DNA of 64,000 nt from Orbicella franksi (lineage: Eukaryota), in assembly GCA_964199315.1 (NCBI GenBank), contig OZ116708.1, positions 21,328,001 to 21,392,000 on the forward strand, in the 5' to 3' direction. This document shows, piece after piece, positions 49,576 through 60,609 of the stretch; within the stretch, counting starts at the first letter, position 1, and the number at the start of each line of letters is the position of its first letter. The position numbers and the translations under genes are program-made. A model generated the notes under the pieces. The model worked only from the letters and a program-made list of their open reading frames with translations, was not told the origin of the DNA and ran no database searches.

Positions 49576-49860
49576 TTTCCCGCCAAAAGACTTAGTTTAT
49601 TTTTGACTTTCTACCAGACACCATTTTAAAACGCAGCCTTTTTTCCCGCCAAAAGACTTAGTTTATTTTATGATAAATTTTACCAGCCTCCTTTTAAAAG
49701 CGCAATTATTTTCCCGCCAAAAGACTTAATACATTTTTTTGAGACGATATCTGAGATCATTTCAAAGCTTACGTTATTTCCCTTCGAAAAAAGACTTAGA
49801 TTTTTTTCAAAATATTTTTGACCTATCTGAATGTGTTTGTCGCTCCTTGGCCAAAAGACA
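49576..49860. repeat. 67-bp minisatellite with conserved tttcccgccaaaagactta core
   Basis: Core at 49576, 49642 and 49710; degenerate copies at 49777 and about 49845. Confidence 0.85.
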
Positions 49861-50269
49861 TTTACGAAGTTTTTCTAACTGGATATATTTTATTAAACGT
49901 GCAGCGAGCTTTGAATGTGTTTATTAAACGTTGTCGCATAAATTCTGCAAAGTGAAAACTTGGCGAGCTGAAAAGATCTTGTAGCGTTATTGCTTAACAT
50001 CTTCAATGTAGCATAGTTGTCTTTCTTTCATCCTGCAATAAAAGATATCAACAAATTAGACAAACGAAGCTGGCCATGGCCTCTAAAAAAATTAATCCAG
50101 TACATAAACAGATCCTACATGATGCAACGGTTTGTCTCGTCGGCTAGTTGAATCAGTGAATTACTGCAAACTACCTAATATGAAGGGAACTCATTTCATT
50201 TCAAGCAACAACTTTATTTGGCATTTTTTTAGATCGAATGGTCAGTTGCTTGTTAAAGCATTTAATAGG

Positions 50270-50534
50270 AAATATAAGGAGTAACGTAATTCGACGTTTC
50301 GATGTATCTAACATCATTATCAAGAATAAAAATCGATGAATGTCAAAGTTGTTAAAAGAGTTAAGTTATGAATATCATTAGGTGGACATTAACATAATTA
50401 TTCACACACACTGGAATGCCACCTAATAGTATTCCTAACTCAACTCTTTTAACAACTTTGACATTCAACGATTTTCATTCTTGATAATGATGTTAGATAC
50501 ATCGAAACGTCGAATTACGTTACTCTTTATATTT
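50270..50534. mobile_element. Long inverted repeat (two arms of about 120 bp, 24-nt loop), probably inverted Penelope-like element termini
   Basis: Arms 50270-50390 and 50415-50534 are reverse complements with roughly 8-9 differences. Each contains ttgataatgatgttagatacatcgaaacgtcg, resembling PLE terminal gaaacgtcg motifs. The inverted repeat is directly visible; the PLE assignment is inferred. Confidence 0.7.
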
Positions 50535-52654
50535 TTGTAGATTTCAGGAAAAAATCCTTAAATTAAAAATATCTTAGAAATAAGTTTCAAGCCCCAAATA
50601 TTCAGTCCGAAATTAGAGTAAGATAATCGCTAATTACTAGCTGTAACAAACCATTACATTTAATAACAAAGCGCGCGAAGTCTAAATATAGAATACAAAT
50701 TATTGAGACCCCGCGAGAGTCAGACAATATTAGTGTGTTCTGAGAGAAATAGGAGGAAAATGAAGGCCAAATTTTCGTTTTAAAAATTGTTTTAAGAACA
50801 CTTGCTTATGCGCTTGGAAAAGCGTCAAATTTTCCACCATTCCGTTTTGTTTGTCTGAGTTTGTCTGAGTTATGACGTCACTCGCGCGCTTCGCTATTGT
50901 TGCTAAAAACAATGACAACTCAGATATCTGAAAACAATGAATAAATTTCTCAGTACAAAAATTGATATACTATACTCTTGTCATCTAACAAACAAGACGA
51001 GGTAGCTACTTGTAAAGATTTTAGAACATTTTTCAAACTGACAGCGATTATAGATAAAATTGTTGTTAAAGACAAAATGATACAAAAGTGTACCTCCTAA
51101 ATTAATTCACCCAAACATATAAACAAACTTTAAAAGCTGTTTAAAAATATTTCGTGCAAAACAGCTGCACACTGAAGCTCATTGACTTGTGATTTCCAAT
51201 TAGCAATTAAATGTAATTTTATAAGAAAATTCTTTTTCAAGAGTTTATTGAACTTCATTGGTCTTAGTAATACTAAGACCATAGTTGGTATGCAGGAAGA
51301 GTACAAGAAAGAGAAAATTCCATATCTGTAAGTTTCCTTCGTGGATAGGCAGTTTGAAAATTAAGCGGTATTCTCAAATAATACTAAAAATGCTAAAGGC
51401 AGTATTAGCCACCTTCCTGGGGCAAATATAGCGCTCGAAATTTTAATATAAATTATCCTCATTTTTAGGTATATGTCTCATTATTTTTACAGAGCTTTAA
51501 CTTCAATAATCACAAGAAAGTAACTCAAATATTTGCCCAAAAGCAATTTTAATCATGGACAATTCAAAAATTAACTGCAGTATTCTCTGGTTGTCATGCC
51601 TCTTGATATTCTTAATAATATTATAATATCTATCACAGAATTAAACTTCATCCTCGCATTTAAGCCCTGGTCACTTGTTATGATTGTTCCTGAAAAACTG
51701 AAAAATTTCACTTGAGCGAAAAGTTTAAAATATCTATTTGTATATCTTGAAAAGTATTCACTTAGTAGTAATCAAACTTTTATGGCGAGTAAAGAATCCG
51801 AACCTCAAAACATAGAAATGTAAGGAATTTGGAATACAATGCCTATAAAATCTAAATTCACACTATAAAGATGTCCTATTAAATACCCCTTGAAAACATG
51901 GTCGCCATAGAAACTTCAAGTCATGTGACCCAAATCCAAAATTTTAATATACGAAAATGTCTCCTCATAATATTTAGGAAAACTAACAAGGTTTTGCAAC
52001 TAAATCTTGGAAGCTCTTTAAGTTAGAAATCCTGAAATCGGCTTCTGCACTTTAAGCCCTTGACAAGCCAAAATGTTGAAAATGCAAAATGACAAAGTAG
52101 AAAGGGCTCAAAATAATTTGTTTTAAAGATGAAGAAGTCAAAAATAACTTTTGATATCAAACAAAGCTTTGTAATTTTGATTCTTCCTTTAAACCTTGTC
52201 AGCTTGTTTATCTTCCCCTCAGCTCCACCCCCCCTCCCTTAGCCCCACCCCTGAACGAACTATTTTCATCAATTAAACAGAACTTGATGCAATCATCGTC
52301 GAAATAATCGTGAAATCGAAAATTTGATTCTGTTTACCTTGCATCGCAGCTGGATTTTGAGTAAAAGCAAGAGATTATCAAGGTGAGAGAGTGAATCCCC
52401 CATATAGGCCTTCTACCAAAGGTAATCTCTCTTAAGTTATTTTTAGACATGGTACCCAGTTCTTCCGAGGATGTTACTCGCGCGATGCGTGGACAGCCGA
52501 AGCGACTTTCTCGAAACTACCCGAGACGAAATGGCGGGAACTTCATTTTATATATTTTGATTTCGTTTCATAGCAGAGATGTTTTCTGCACTCTCAGCCG
52601 TCTTTTTGGTTGACCGGGCTTTCGTTTGTTTTGTGCTCGTTTGACTGTTCATTA

Positions 52655-52940
52655 TTTGAAGGCAACGGCAACGCCTTGTGCAATGGCTGTGCAAGCGTGC
52701 TTTAATCTTTTGTTCATTTCTTTACCGTTGTTTACAAAGGGTCACAAAACAACAACGTGAAAGAGCCACATTCTGCATATTCGAGAGAACGTAAACTTCC
52801 TTTTCGAATTTTGGGATATTTCTGACAGTATAGACAAACTGAATGGTTCTAAATTCTCGCGAGATTCGTAGGTTGAATATTAAGTCGTTTTCTAATCGAC
52901 GTTGTCTTTGGCGTTGTTGCCGTTGCTGCTTAAACTGCTT
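52655..52940. mobile_element. Partial copy of the coral 'gacggcaacg' MITE family
   Basis: ggcaacggcaacg...aaaacaacaacgtgaa...ctcgcgagattcgtaggttgaat...atcgacgttgtctttggcgttg; homologous to 55461-55839. Confidence 0.6.
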
Positions 52941-54684
52941 TTTGCTGCTTGGGCAGCGAACGTCTTCCTCTTCTTTCGATCATCTGTTTGTTCGGTTGCC
53001 AAGCATGTATTTCGGCGTTTGTTTGCTTTGCACTTGTTTGTCTAAACCTTTCTGTACCGTTCATTCAGTTGTTGTTGTTTGTGCAGGGGACATCCGCCTC
53101 TTATTTTAAACTCCTAGTAAAGTTTCGAAATGTATTAAATCATACCGAGAGCCGAAGCTCCCTTACTTGTAATCAAAATATCAGAAAGAAGACATCCCCA
53201 CAGCGTTGGAGGCTTTCCTTTGCTTTGAAACGAAACGAAGCGAAACGACGTACATATACATAAACAGATCCTCCACGAAAACATCTACGCAACGCGCTAA
53301 TAATACGCGGAAGAACTGGGTATAATGTCTAAAAATAACTTAAGAGGGATTACCTTGGATATAAGACCTACATGGGAGATTCACTCTCTAACCTTGATAA
53401 TCACTTGGTATTCCGCTCTTCTACACAAAAACCCTCCCAAAGTCTTAAGTAAAACTAAATTCTTTCCTCCAGTCATTGCCTCCAAATTATGGACCGCTCA
53501 ACTTTTACAGTTCAGTTTGCCGACCTCGTACGTTTCACAACAGTAGAACTTTTCCTTAATCAGCCTGTGAGGTAGAAAAATTGCCCTTGCAAAGCATACA
53601 CAAACATTGTACCTAGATAAACACGATGAGGTGAATTGGGCCAGAAATACTTCCATTAACCTACAAATTTCTACTCTGAAAATCGAAGAAAAATGGGAGC
53701 CTCCCCAAAATACGCACGTTTTTGAAAATTCTAACTTTCATTGACTTTCAGGCCTGAATATGTACTTGCTAGAACCTTTATAGATCTCCAAAGAAAACGA
53801 ACTGCATGAATTGAAGAGTTAAGAGATAAAACCCCAAAACAATTCAACTGCAGTAAATATGCATGCAATGAAACACGCAGGAAAATGTGAAAAATTAATT
53901 AAATTCCCGATCGGAAAAGTGGCCCAGCCTGGATTCCGAAAAGCATACAACTGCTGCGACGAAGCAAAGTTTTCAAAACTATTTGTTTAAAGGGACGATA
54001 ACTTTTAAGTATGACGTGTTTCGCGCTAGGTGACATAAAAACAAAATGTCCTCCACTGATCTGCATCAGCCATCTTGGATTTCAGTTTTTTTTGTTGTTA
54101 AAAAAAGTCAAAAATCTGCAAAACTTAATTGCAAGAATTTGGAACAAAATACTCAAAATACATGAATTGTTGGAAAGTTCTAGATTTTGTTGAACCTGAA
54201 AACTAAACCAAAATTAAATCTAAGCTCAGAGACAAAATCTTTGAAAAAACCGACTCACATGTAAAACATTTGACATACCAAATTAAAATATTAAATTTCC
54301 TAACATTTTTTTTTGGAAAAGGCAGAATAGATTACACTGATATATGTTACCCAGGCAGAAATGTGCGATTTTCCTCAAGCTATGTTCGGCATGGAACGCT
54401 CACTGTATGGATACAGATATCAAAGCAGCATATGATCTTCAGTCATGATTGGGCTTCTAACTTGAATTAAGCAACAAAAATTTGAATTCAGATTTGATAA
54501 ACCATCGCTATAAGTACAGGTGAAAATAGTTTGTAATTGATGGACTTTCCCTTGTTCGACAACTAAGGGATTGGAATTCAAAAGGAAATATTACAAATTA
54601 TCAGCACTTTGTTCTTTTGTCATTAATAATGTTAGGCCTTAAAGTGGAATTTCAGTATATTATAGAAAATAAAACTAAGCTTGT

Positions 54685-55450
54685 AAACTTACCATAACAG
54701 CAGATTTCCTTCCAATTTCTAGTAGGTCCAACAATCACCAGATGTACATTGTAACTACAAAGAGTTAAAAAAATCAGTCATCAATCCTCCGTGGGAAAAA
54801 AGATGGCGACTGGTACATTTACCCATAGTTCTTAGCGCACGAAAACCGTAACAACGTTCATAAAAACGTACAGAAACGTTATAAAATCTTCAAACCTAGG
54901 GTACTTAATGAACTTAGTACGGGAACAAATATTGTAAAAATTTGGCTTTCTTTGTGCCTTGAAGGCTCTGTTAGGTTCGCAAGGCATTGTGGTAAAATGT
55001 ACAGCCGCCATCTTTTTTTCGTACGGTGGATTCCAGAGTTAAATTCAACACAGTTAATTCGTATCCTGGTTAACCCATTATTTTTGTTCTCTTGTGCCCA
55101 TCATGACAAAGCACATTTCTGCGCGGGAAAAATAGTTTCAAAATTGCCTGAAGAGCATATTTTTTTCCTAGACCTCCTCTAAGGGAAATATAACAATCTG
55201 GTAAACTTACCGTAACATGCACAGCTGATGTCCTCCAAATTCTAGTAGATCCATGCAACGATCACTAGATATACTTTGTAACTACAGAAAGTAAAAAATC
55301 AGTCATTAATTCCAGAATTAAAGACAATTAATTCATAGCTTGGTTAACCCATTTATTCTCTAGTGCCCATCTTCACAAGGCACACTTCTGTGCCTGAAAA
55401 ATAATTTCAAAATTGCCTGAAAGGGTATACCATTTCGCCGAACTCCTCTG
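54685..55450. repeat. Old tandem duplication, one unit interrupted by a MITE
   Basis: 54685-54785 plus 55030-55190 aligns to 55200-55450 (ctagtag(g/a)tcca...gtaactaca...aaaaatcagtcat...ggttaacccatt...tttcaaaattgcctgaa). Confidence 0.75.
54786..55029. mobile_element. 244-bp MITE with about 40-bp TIRs and an apparent 2-bp AT target-site duplication
   Basis: Left end cctccgtgggaaaaaagatggcgactggtacatt; right end aatgtacagccgccatctttttttcgtacggtgg. The paralogous unit has the empty site cagtcattaattccag at about 55300. Confidence 0.75.
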
Positions 55451-55460
55451 AGGGAAACAT

Positions 55461-55839
55461 CAGAGAGTTTAAGAAAACCACGACGGCAACGACAACGGCA
55501 ACGTCGCTAAACAAAAGGTTTAATTAGCAGAACAATGGCTGTGCACGTGCGTTATAATTCTTGGTACATTTCTTTGTCGTCCTCTGCAAAACAACAACGT
55601 GAAATGACCGAATTCTACGTTTTCTGGAGAATATGAACTCTAACGGCCAATATTTTCTTTTAAATTTTAATTTCAAATTTATCGCGGAGTCCTATATTCA
55701 GTTTCTTGATTGTTTTGACAGTGATAAACAAAGTAAATGATTTTAGAGTACCAGGAAATCCGTAGGTAAAATATAGAAAAATATGTTTTTAATCGACGTT
55801 GTCTGTCGTGATTACGTAAGCTCTCTATTTTACATTGAG
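55461..55839. mobile_element. Full-length copy of the 'gacggcaacg' MITE family
   Basis: Inverted ends cagagagtttaagaaaaccacgacggcaacg / cgttgtctgtcgtgattacgtaagctctcta. Confidence 0.65.
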
Positions 55840-57945
55840 AGTGCCACAATAAGTAATTTCCTTCCTGAAAAAGCTTGCTTGATACTATGAAAATTTTGAC
55901 AGTACAGTTGCGCAAAATCCTTCAAATTAAGCAATGATTTTTAAGAGAAATAAGAGTTCAGAAAATACAATGAAATTTCTGAAAAAGCAACCGTTCATGA
56001 CTCTAAACTTGATTAATTTTGACTCAAGGAGGGCATACCAACTTCACCGATCTCAAACTACCTCATCGCTTCTCACACCAAAAAGCGCCGGTTTCCAGGG
56101 CCGACTTCTCGATACGCCATTTATGCATTCTGATAAAATCCTTGCATGGATGCGCCAACAAATATTACTACAATACAAGATAACTTTTTTATCGCTTACC
56201 AGTAAAGGCCATCATAAATAATGATCTGCATTTCCCAAAGTCCTTGATTCACATTAGAGAAGGTTTACTTCGAGTCAAACGACCTCACAAACTGATGCTT
56301 ACCATCAAAATATTCAGTCAGTGTCAAAATGGCTAACAGAGGACAACAACTTCACATCGATCAGTGCAATCTTGTCTCGTTTTCTGCCGTTGTTTAACAA
56401 GCCTACAGTGGAGAAAAACATTGAAAATACAGCTTAACACTGCAACAATCGAACTACAATTTCACAACCAAATTGTAGGTTTGATTTACAAGAGACGATT
56501 TTTGTCGCACATCTGTCGCAAGCTTGTGGCAAGCGGTAAAGCGGTAAAGTTGCACTTCCAAATTGATCTTTAAAAATAAATACAATTTTTCAGAGTATAT
56601 CAAGTTACAAACTCTAGATTGAACCTACAAATAAAATATCTATAAAGGTGTGTGTCAAACAGTAAACATATATGTAGACGCACACAAGCTTAAATTTCTT
56701 TCTCGACAGCGTACACTTTGCAGTAATTGCTCCCGTTTGCCGTATTTGCAACAACTGTGTATGGGCACAAAGAGTAATATCATATTCAATAAGAAGAGGA
56801 TTCTATGTCTACATATAACTACCAACCTGGAAAATACCCAAGAAGACACAACAGCCACGTTTGGAAAGACGAAGTTCGACTTATCATATCAGAACGAAAC
56901 ACATGTTGTTTCCTATTATTCCAAAAGCCAAATTTGAAGCGTCCGTTAAATGTATCGTTGTCTCTGAGATCCAGCTATATCTTCTTTTACCAACGTGAAA
57001 GTCCACTTTTTTACAAGCCTGGCGTGGCAAAGGTTTTCATTTTTGCAACGACATACACGGAACAAGAACCAGCGAAGGCGAATGCAAATGAACCAAGCTT
57101 GCTATGAATTAATTATGAGCGTTTGCACGCCCCCTTGTAATGCAAATTTGTAATAAGCACAATTTTCGCGCCAGAAACAGTCCCATTTCGATGTCCGTCT
57201 CCTATTTGTTACACTTTAGTTCGTTGAAGATTGCAAAGGTCCTCTCGCAACAAGTATGAAATACCAAAGCAGAAAAGATTAATCTGGTTGATTCAAAGCG
57301 ATTAAGTCTAAGTCATAAACATGTGACAGTGATAATTTGATTCACACGGTCAGAAAAAGGACATATACACGCATAGGTCGAGAAGATGGCGAAGCCCTTT
57401 TAGGGTGGTACTGGTACTTTTAACGTGGATGGCAGCGGATGGCAAGTCTTAATTTTCAAACAAAGTAAAGAAAGTTATGGCCTGTCTAAATAATTGAGGA
57501 GGGTGATTTGGCGGGGACGGGGGGGGGGGGGAACGGGGAATCAGGAGCAATTAGATATTGGAAAAGCAGACACTGAACGGTCACATCTTCCATGCACCCA
57601 ATCAACGATTTTTTTTGCCTCCAATTTGCTGCTATTTCAATTGTCTCCGATTCGTCCACGTGGGTTTGACCGAAGACGAGCTAAGGGGGCACACCTTCTA
57701 ACCCGACATTTTTCTGTTGAAGTGTGATCGGCGGGAACAGCTATTGGTGTACAGTGGCTGGAGGTCACCCACGTAATGGCAATGTTTTCTCGTTTCTCAG
57801 ATGCTTCAAGAAAGATTGAGAAATATTACGAAATAACTTAATTCCAAAGACATATATACCAAAAGAAAAAGGAAATTGACCGTTAAGAGACCTAAAAACG
57901 TCAATATGTTTAATGTACTGATGAGCATATGTAAACAGCTACAAG

Positions 57946-58630
57946 TTTAAAACAATTCAATCCACGCGCTATTTAGCTGTGGTGTGGAATTTTACTTCTA
58001 ATACGTAGAAATAGTGATAACAATGGGTTGACAGGCCTACACAACTCCTACCCACGTGTAATAGCCCCTTTGAGAGTTTTGCTCGAAATAGCATATTTTT
58101 GAGGATCTGCTCCTTTTGTATGGTAGATAGGGGGATCTTTGAATATTTCGCTAAGCAACAATCCTGTTTTTAGGAGGACATTTCACCAGAGTAGAGCCGT
58201 TAGAGGTCATAGGTCTGCGTGGTTTCCACTGTTATCCGCGTGTAATTTGCAGGGTTCGACACCTCTGTCTTTTGCCACGTGCTGGCTTTCGTTATTTGAA
58301 ACAAAAATTATTTACAATTTTCATAATCAATTAGCTTATGAGCTCGAGATTTCTTTAAGATTTTATTTAAAGCAAACTGGGCTAGGTGCGGGTGTTTCTC
58401 TTCACTAATACGGGCTTGTTTCCTGTGTTTTATTACAGACGTTAAATGAAATGAGGAATCTTTGTCAATAATATGTGATAATTCTGATTGTGCGTTTAGA
58501 TGTTCAAAGAACGGTTTTTCTTCTAAACTACTTAGCTTACATATCACAACACTATACAGAAAGTAAGATACAGTGAGAAATTAGAAAATATAATAAATAA
58601 TAAAGAAACTCTGGGAATAAAGTTTTATTC
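57946..58630 (+). repeat. Segmental duplicate A, homologous to 61860-62285, with an extra insertion of about 275 bp
   Basis: aaacaaaaattatttacaattttcataatcaattag...gagctcgagatttc...ctctgggaataaag is shared in direct orientation with 61950-62280. Confidence 0.85.
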
Positions 58631-58635
58631 TTTAA

Positions 58636-58800
58636 GGACGGTGCCTACTAAATACAAAGGTTTTTGCGCCAGATTAGGACCACGCGGAAAAAGTAGATCC
58701 TTGCAAAGGCTATTGGAATCCAATAAGAAAAATGGTGTTAGCCTCGCATTATTTCGAGATAATTAGCTTTGAATCTTAACATGCTGACATCAGCATTTTT
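58636..58800. mobile_element. Left end of a TTAA-inserting (Kolobok-like) element
   Basis: TTAA-ggacggtgcctacta matches a recalled coral family. No matching right end was found. Confidence 0.4.
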
Positions 58801-59376
58801 CCGAAAAAAGAACGAAAGGATATTTTTTCACAGATTTCCTTAAAATTCGCCTTTACATACAGGAAAGCAAACACATTTATAAAGATCTCAAGACTCCATG
58901 GTAAATGATAACATAAAAACCATTTTTGGTATTTTTTAAGTATTAAAATCATTGCAACAGCGCTTTTAGCGCCTCTGACAGCCCTTTCAAAACCTTTACG
59001 GCGCCCGTTACATTTTTTCCTGTCACAGTAAGTAAAACATTTGCGTATCTCGCACTTGTTTTGCCCGCGCAATAGGCCATCTGCAGGTATATGTTTACTG
59101 TTGGATTTTTCAGTATAATTTTCGACAGATAACAGCTAGTTTTTCAACTGGAAGACGTTAACAGTTAGTGGTTAGCGATATGGTGCTATTCTGGTGTTTC
59201 TGGTTTAAGTACAGGTTCATTAAACTTGACTTTGGTCACAGTAGGAAAAATTTGCTTTCATTTTAGTCGTGTAGTTTGATTGCGTCAATGTCAACCCAGC
59301 GCCCGCGTGGCGATTACACCATCGCTAGTTCTCTTTTACAAGGCACTGTTTTTCAAGCCCTCTTTCAATGCTCAGT

Positions 59377-60336
59377 TCAGTTCATAGCGGGTCCAACAGG
59401 CTTGCATGGAACTCGAAACATAAATTTTCTCGTTTCTTTTTGCCGCAAACAATATATCAACGGATTCAGTAGCGAGTTTAATACGGCGCAGGTGCGAGCC
59501 AACGGCACCCATACAACAAGCACAGCGTTCAAGTTTAAATCTCTCCTCACTCCTAACACCATTGATAAGATAGCTAAGCCTAAGGCCATTGGAAGCAAAC
59601 TTAGCAATACAGCGCTCACTACGAACGCAGTGGTCTTGAGCACTTTGTTCTCTTTAACAAACCTTTCCACTTCTTCTTGGGGTAGCTGTTGGGCTTTCAT
59701 CATGCTTTGGTGGCGGCGTGATTCACGGTACAAAATAGCATAGGTTATGGTGATAAAAAGGATACAGAAGGTCATAGCCAAAGAAAGTATTAAATTAAAT
59801 GCAACTCTTAAAATGACGTTATTGGAAAAATATCCAATACCTTGGATAAAAGAAAACGCCCAAAAAATGAGTACTGCAACCGTGATTTTCCGGTTGGTGA
59901 CAATGTATGGGTAGCTCATGGTAAATTTAATTGCTATTAGCCTCTCGGAGGTGATCAAAATCAGATGAAGCGACGAACAGACAGTCAAGGCGCGCAAAAA
60001 GAACTTGTGAAAACCTTCAGCCACGCTTCTTTCGATTCCATTATAATTAAGGAGATAAAATGTTTTCCATGCGATAAACGATGGCTGTACTACTAGACCA
60101 GTTAGTGCGTCAGTTGCCGCTAAGCAGGCCAACAAGATGTTAGGGTTGCTTTGGAGTCTCCGTCTTCTTTTCACGGCCATTATCACCAGCACATTAAACA
60201 GAACTGTAAAGGGACAAGTGATGCCGTTAATGATGATAGTGATGATACTGACTTGTTGTGCGAGATTTGATGTGTCGCCTGGTGCTGTCATCTCAGTGAC
60301 GTTTGTAAAATTTGATGCAGAGTTGAGTTTGGCCAT
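59377..60336 (-). CDS. Orphan rhodopsin-class GPCR of the cnidarian-expanded type, single coding exon, 319 aa
   Basis: Seven hydrophobic segments with LFNVLV (TM1 Asn), LACLAATD (TM2), SERLIAI (TM3), FWAFS (TM4), SLLP (TM6) and NSLLNPLIY (TM7), and N-terminal sequons NFT/NVT. ATG at 60336 directly follows a plausible acceptor; an intron at 60337-60450 could add an in-frame MGK. Confidence 0.92.
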   Translation of the reverse strand: MAKLNSASNFTNVTEMTAPGDTSNLAQQVSIITIIINGITCPFTVLFNVLVIMAVKRRRRLQSNPNILLACLAATDALTGLVVQPSFIAWKTFYLLNYNGIERSVAEGFHKFFLRALTVCSSLHLILITSERLIAIKFTMSYPYIVTNRKITVAVLIFWAFSFIQGIGYFSNNVILRVAFNLILSLAMTFCILFITITYAILYRESRRHQSMMKAQQLPQEEVERFVKENKVLKTTAFVVSAVLLSLLPMALGLAILSMVLGVRRDLNLNAVLVVWVPLARTCAVLNSLLNPLIYCLRQKETRKFMFRVPCKPVGPAMN

Positions 60337-60609
60337 CTTTAGAAAGCGCAACGAAGGAAAACTGACTTCTCGGATCGCTCGAGGATTTTATTTGTTGTTG
60401 TCTTGATTGATTCACCGCCACGTTAAGTGTAACATGTGTTTTTCTCTCACCTTTCCCATGCATTAGCCAACCCCATCAGTGGATCTTTCAGTCTCCGCCG
60501 ATAACTCAATTATCATTATCAGCAATTAAAGGTAATTTTCCGTTGTCTTGTAATTTTAGTTCCAGTGCAGTCCACTGATGAATGCCCTGAGGCGGTTGAG
60601 CCACTTAGA

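Noticed and set aside
49576-49860. CRISPR array
   Set aside because: Eukaryotic context with no cas genes, and the spacers are homologous to each other, so it is a minisatellite.
56655-56900. Possible GPCR pseudogene fragment (NVAVVSSWVFS resembles TM4)
   Set aside because: No adjacent TM3 DRY/ERY or TM5-7 motifs could be recovered in any frame.
60337-60351. TTG start of the GPCR ORF given in the ORF track
   Set aside because: Eukaryotic gene; this segment looks like the polypyrimidine tract and acceptor in front of the ATG at 60336.
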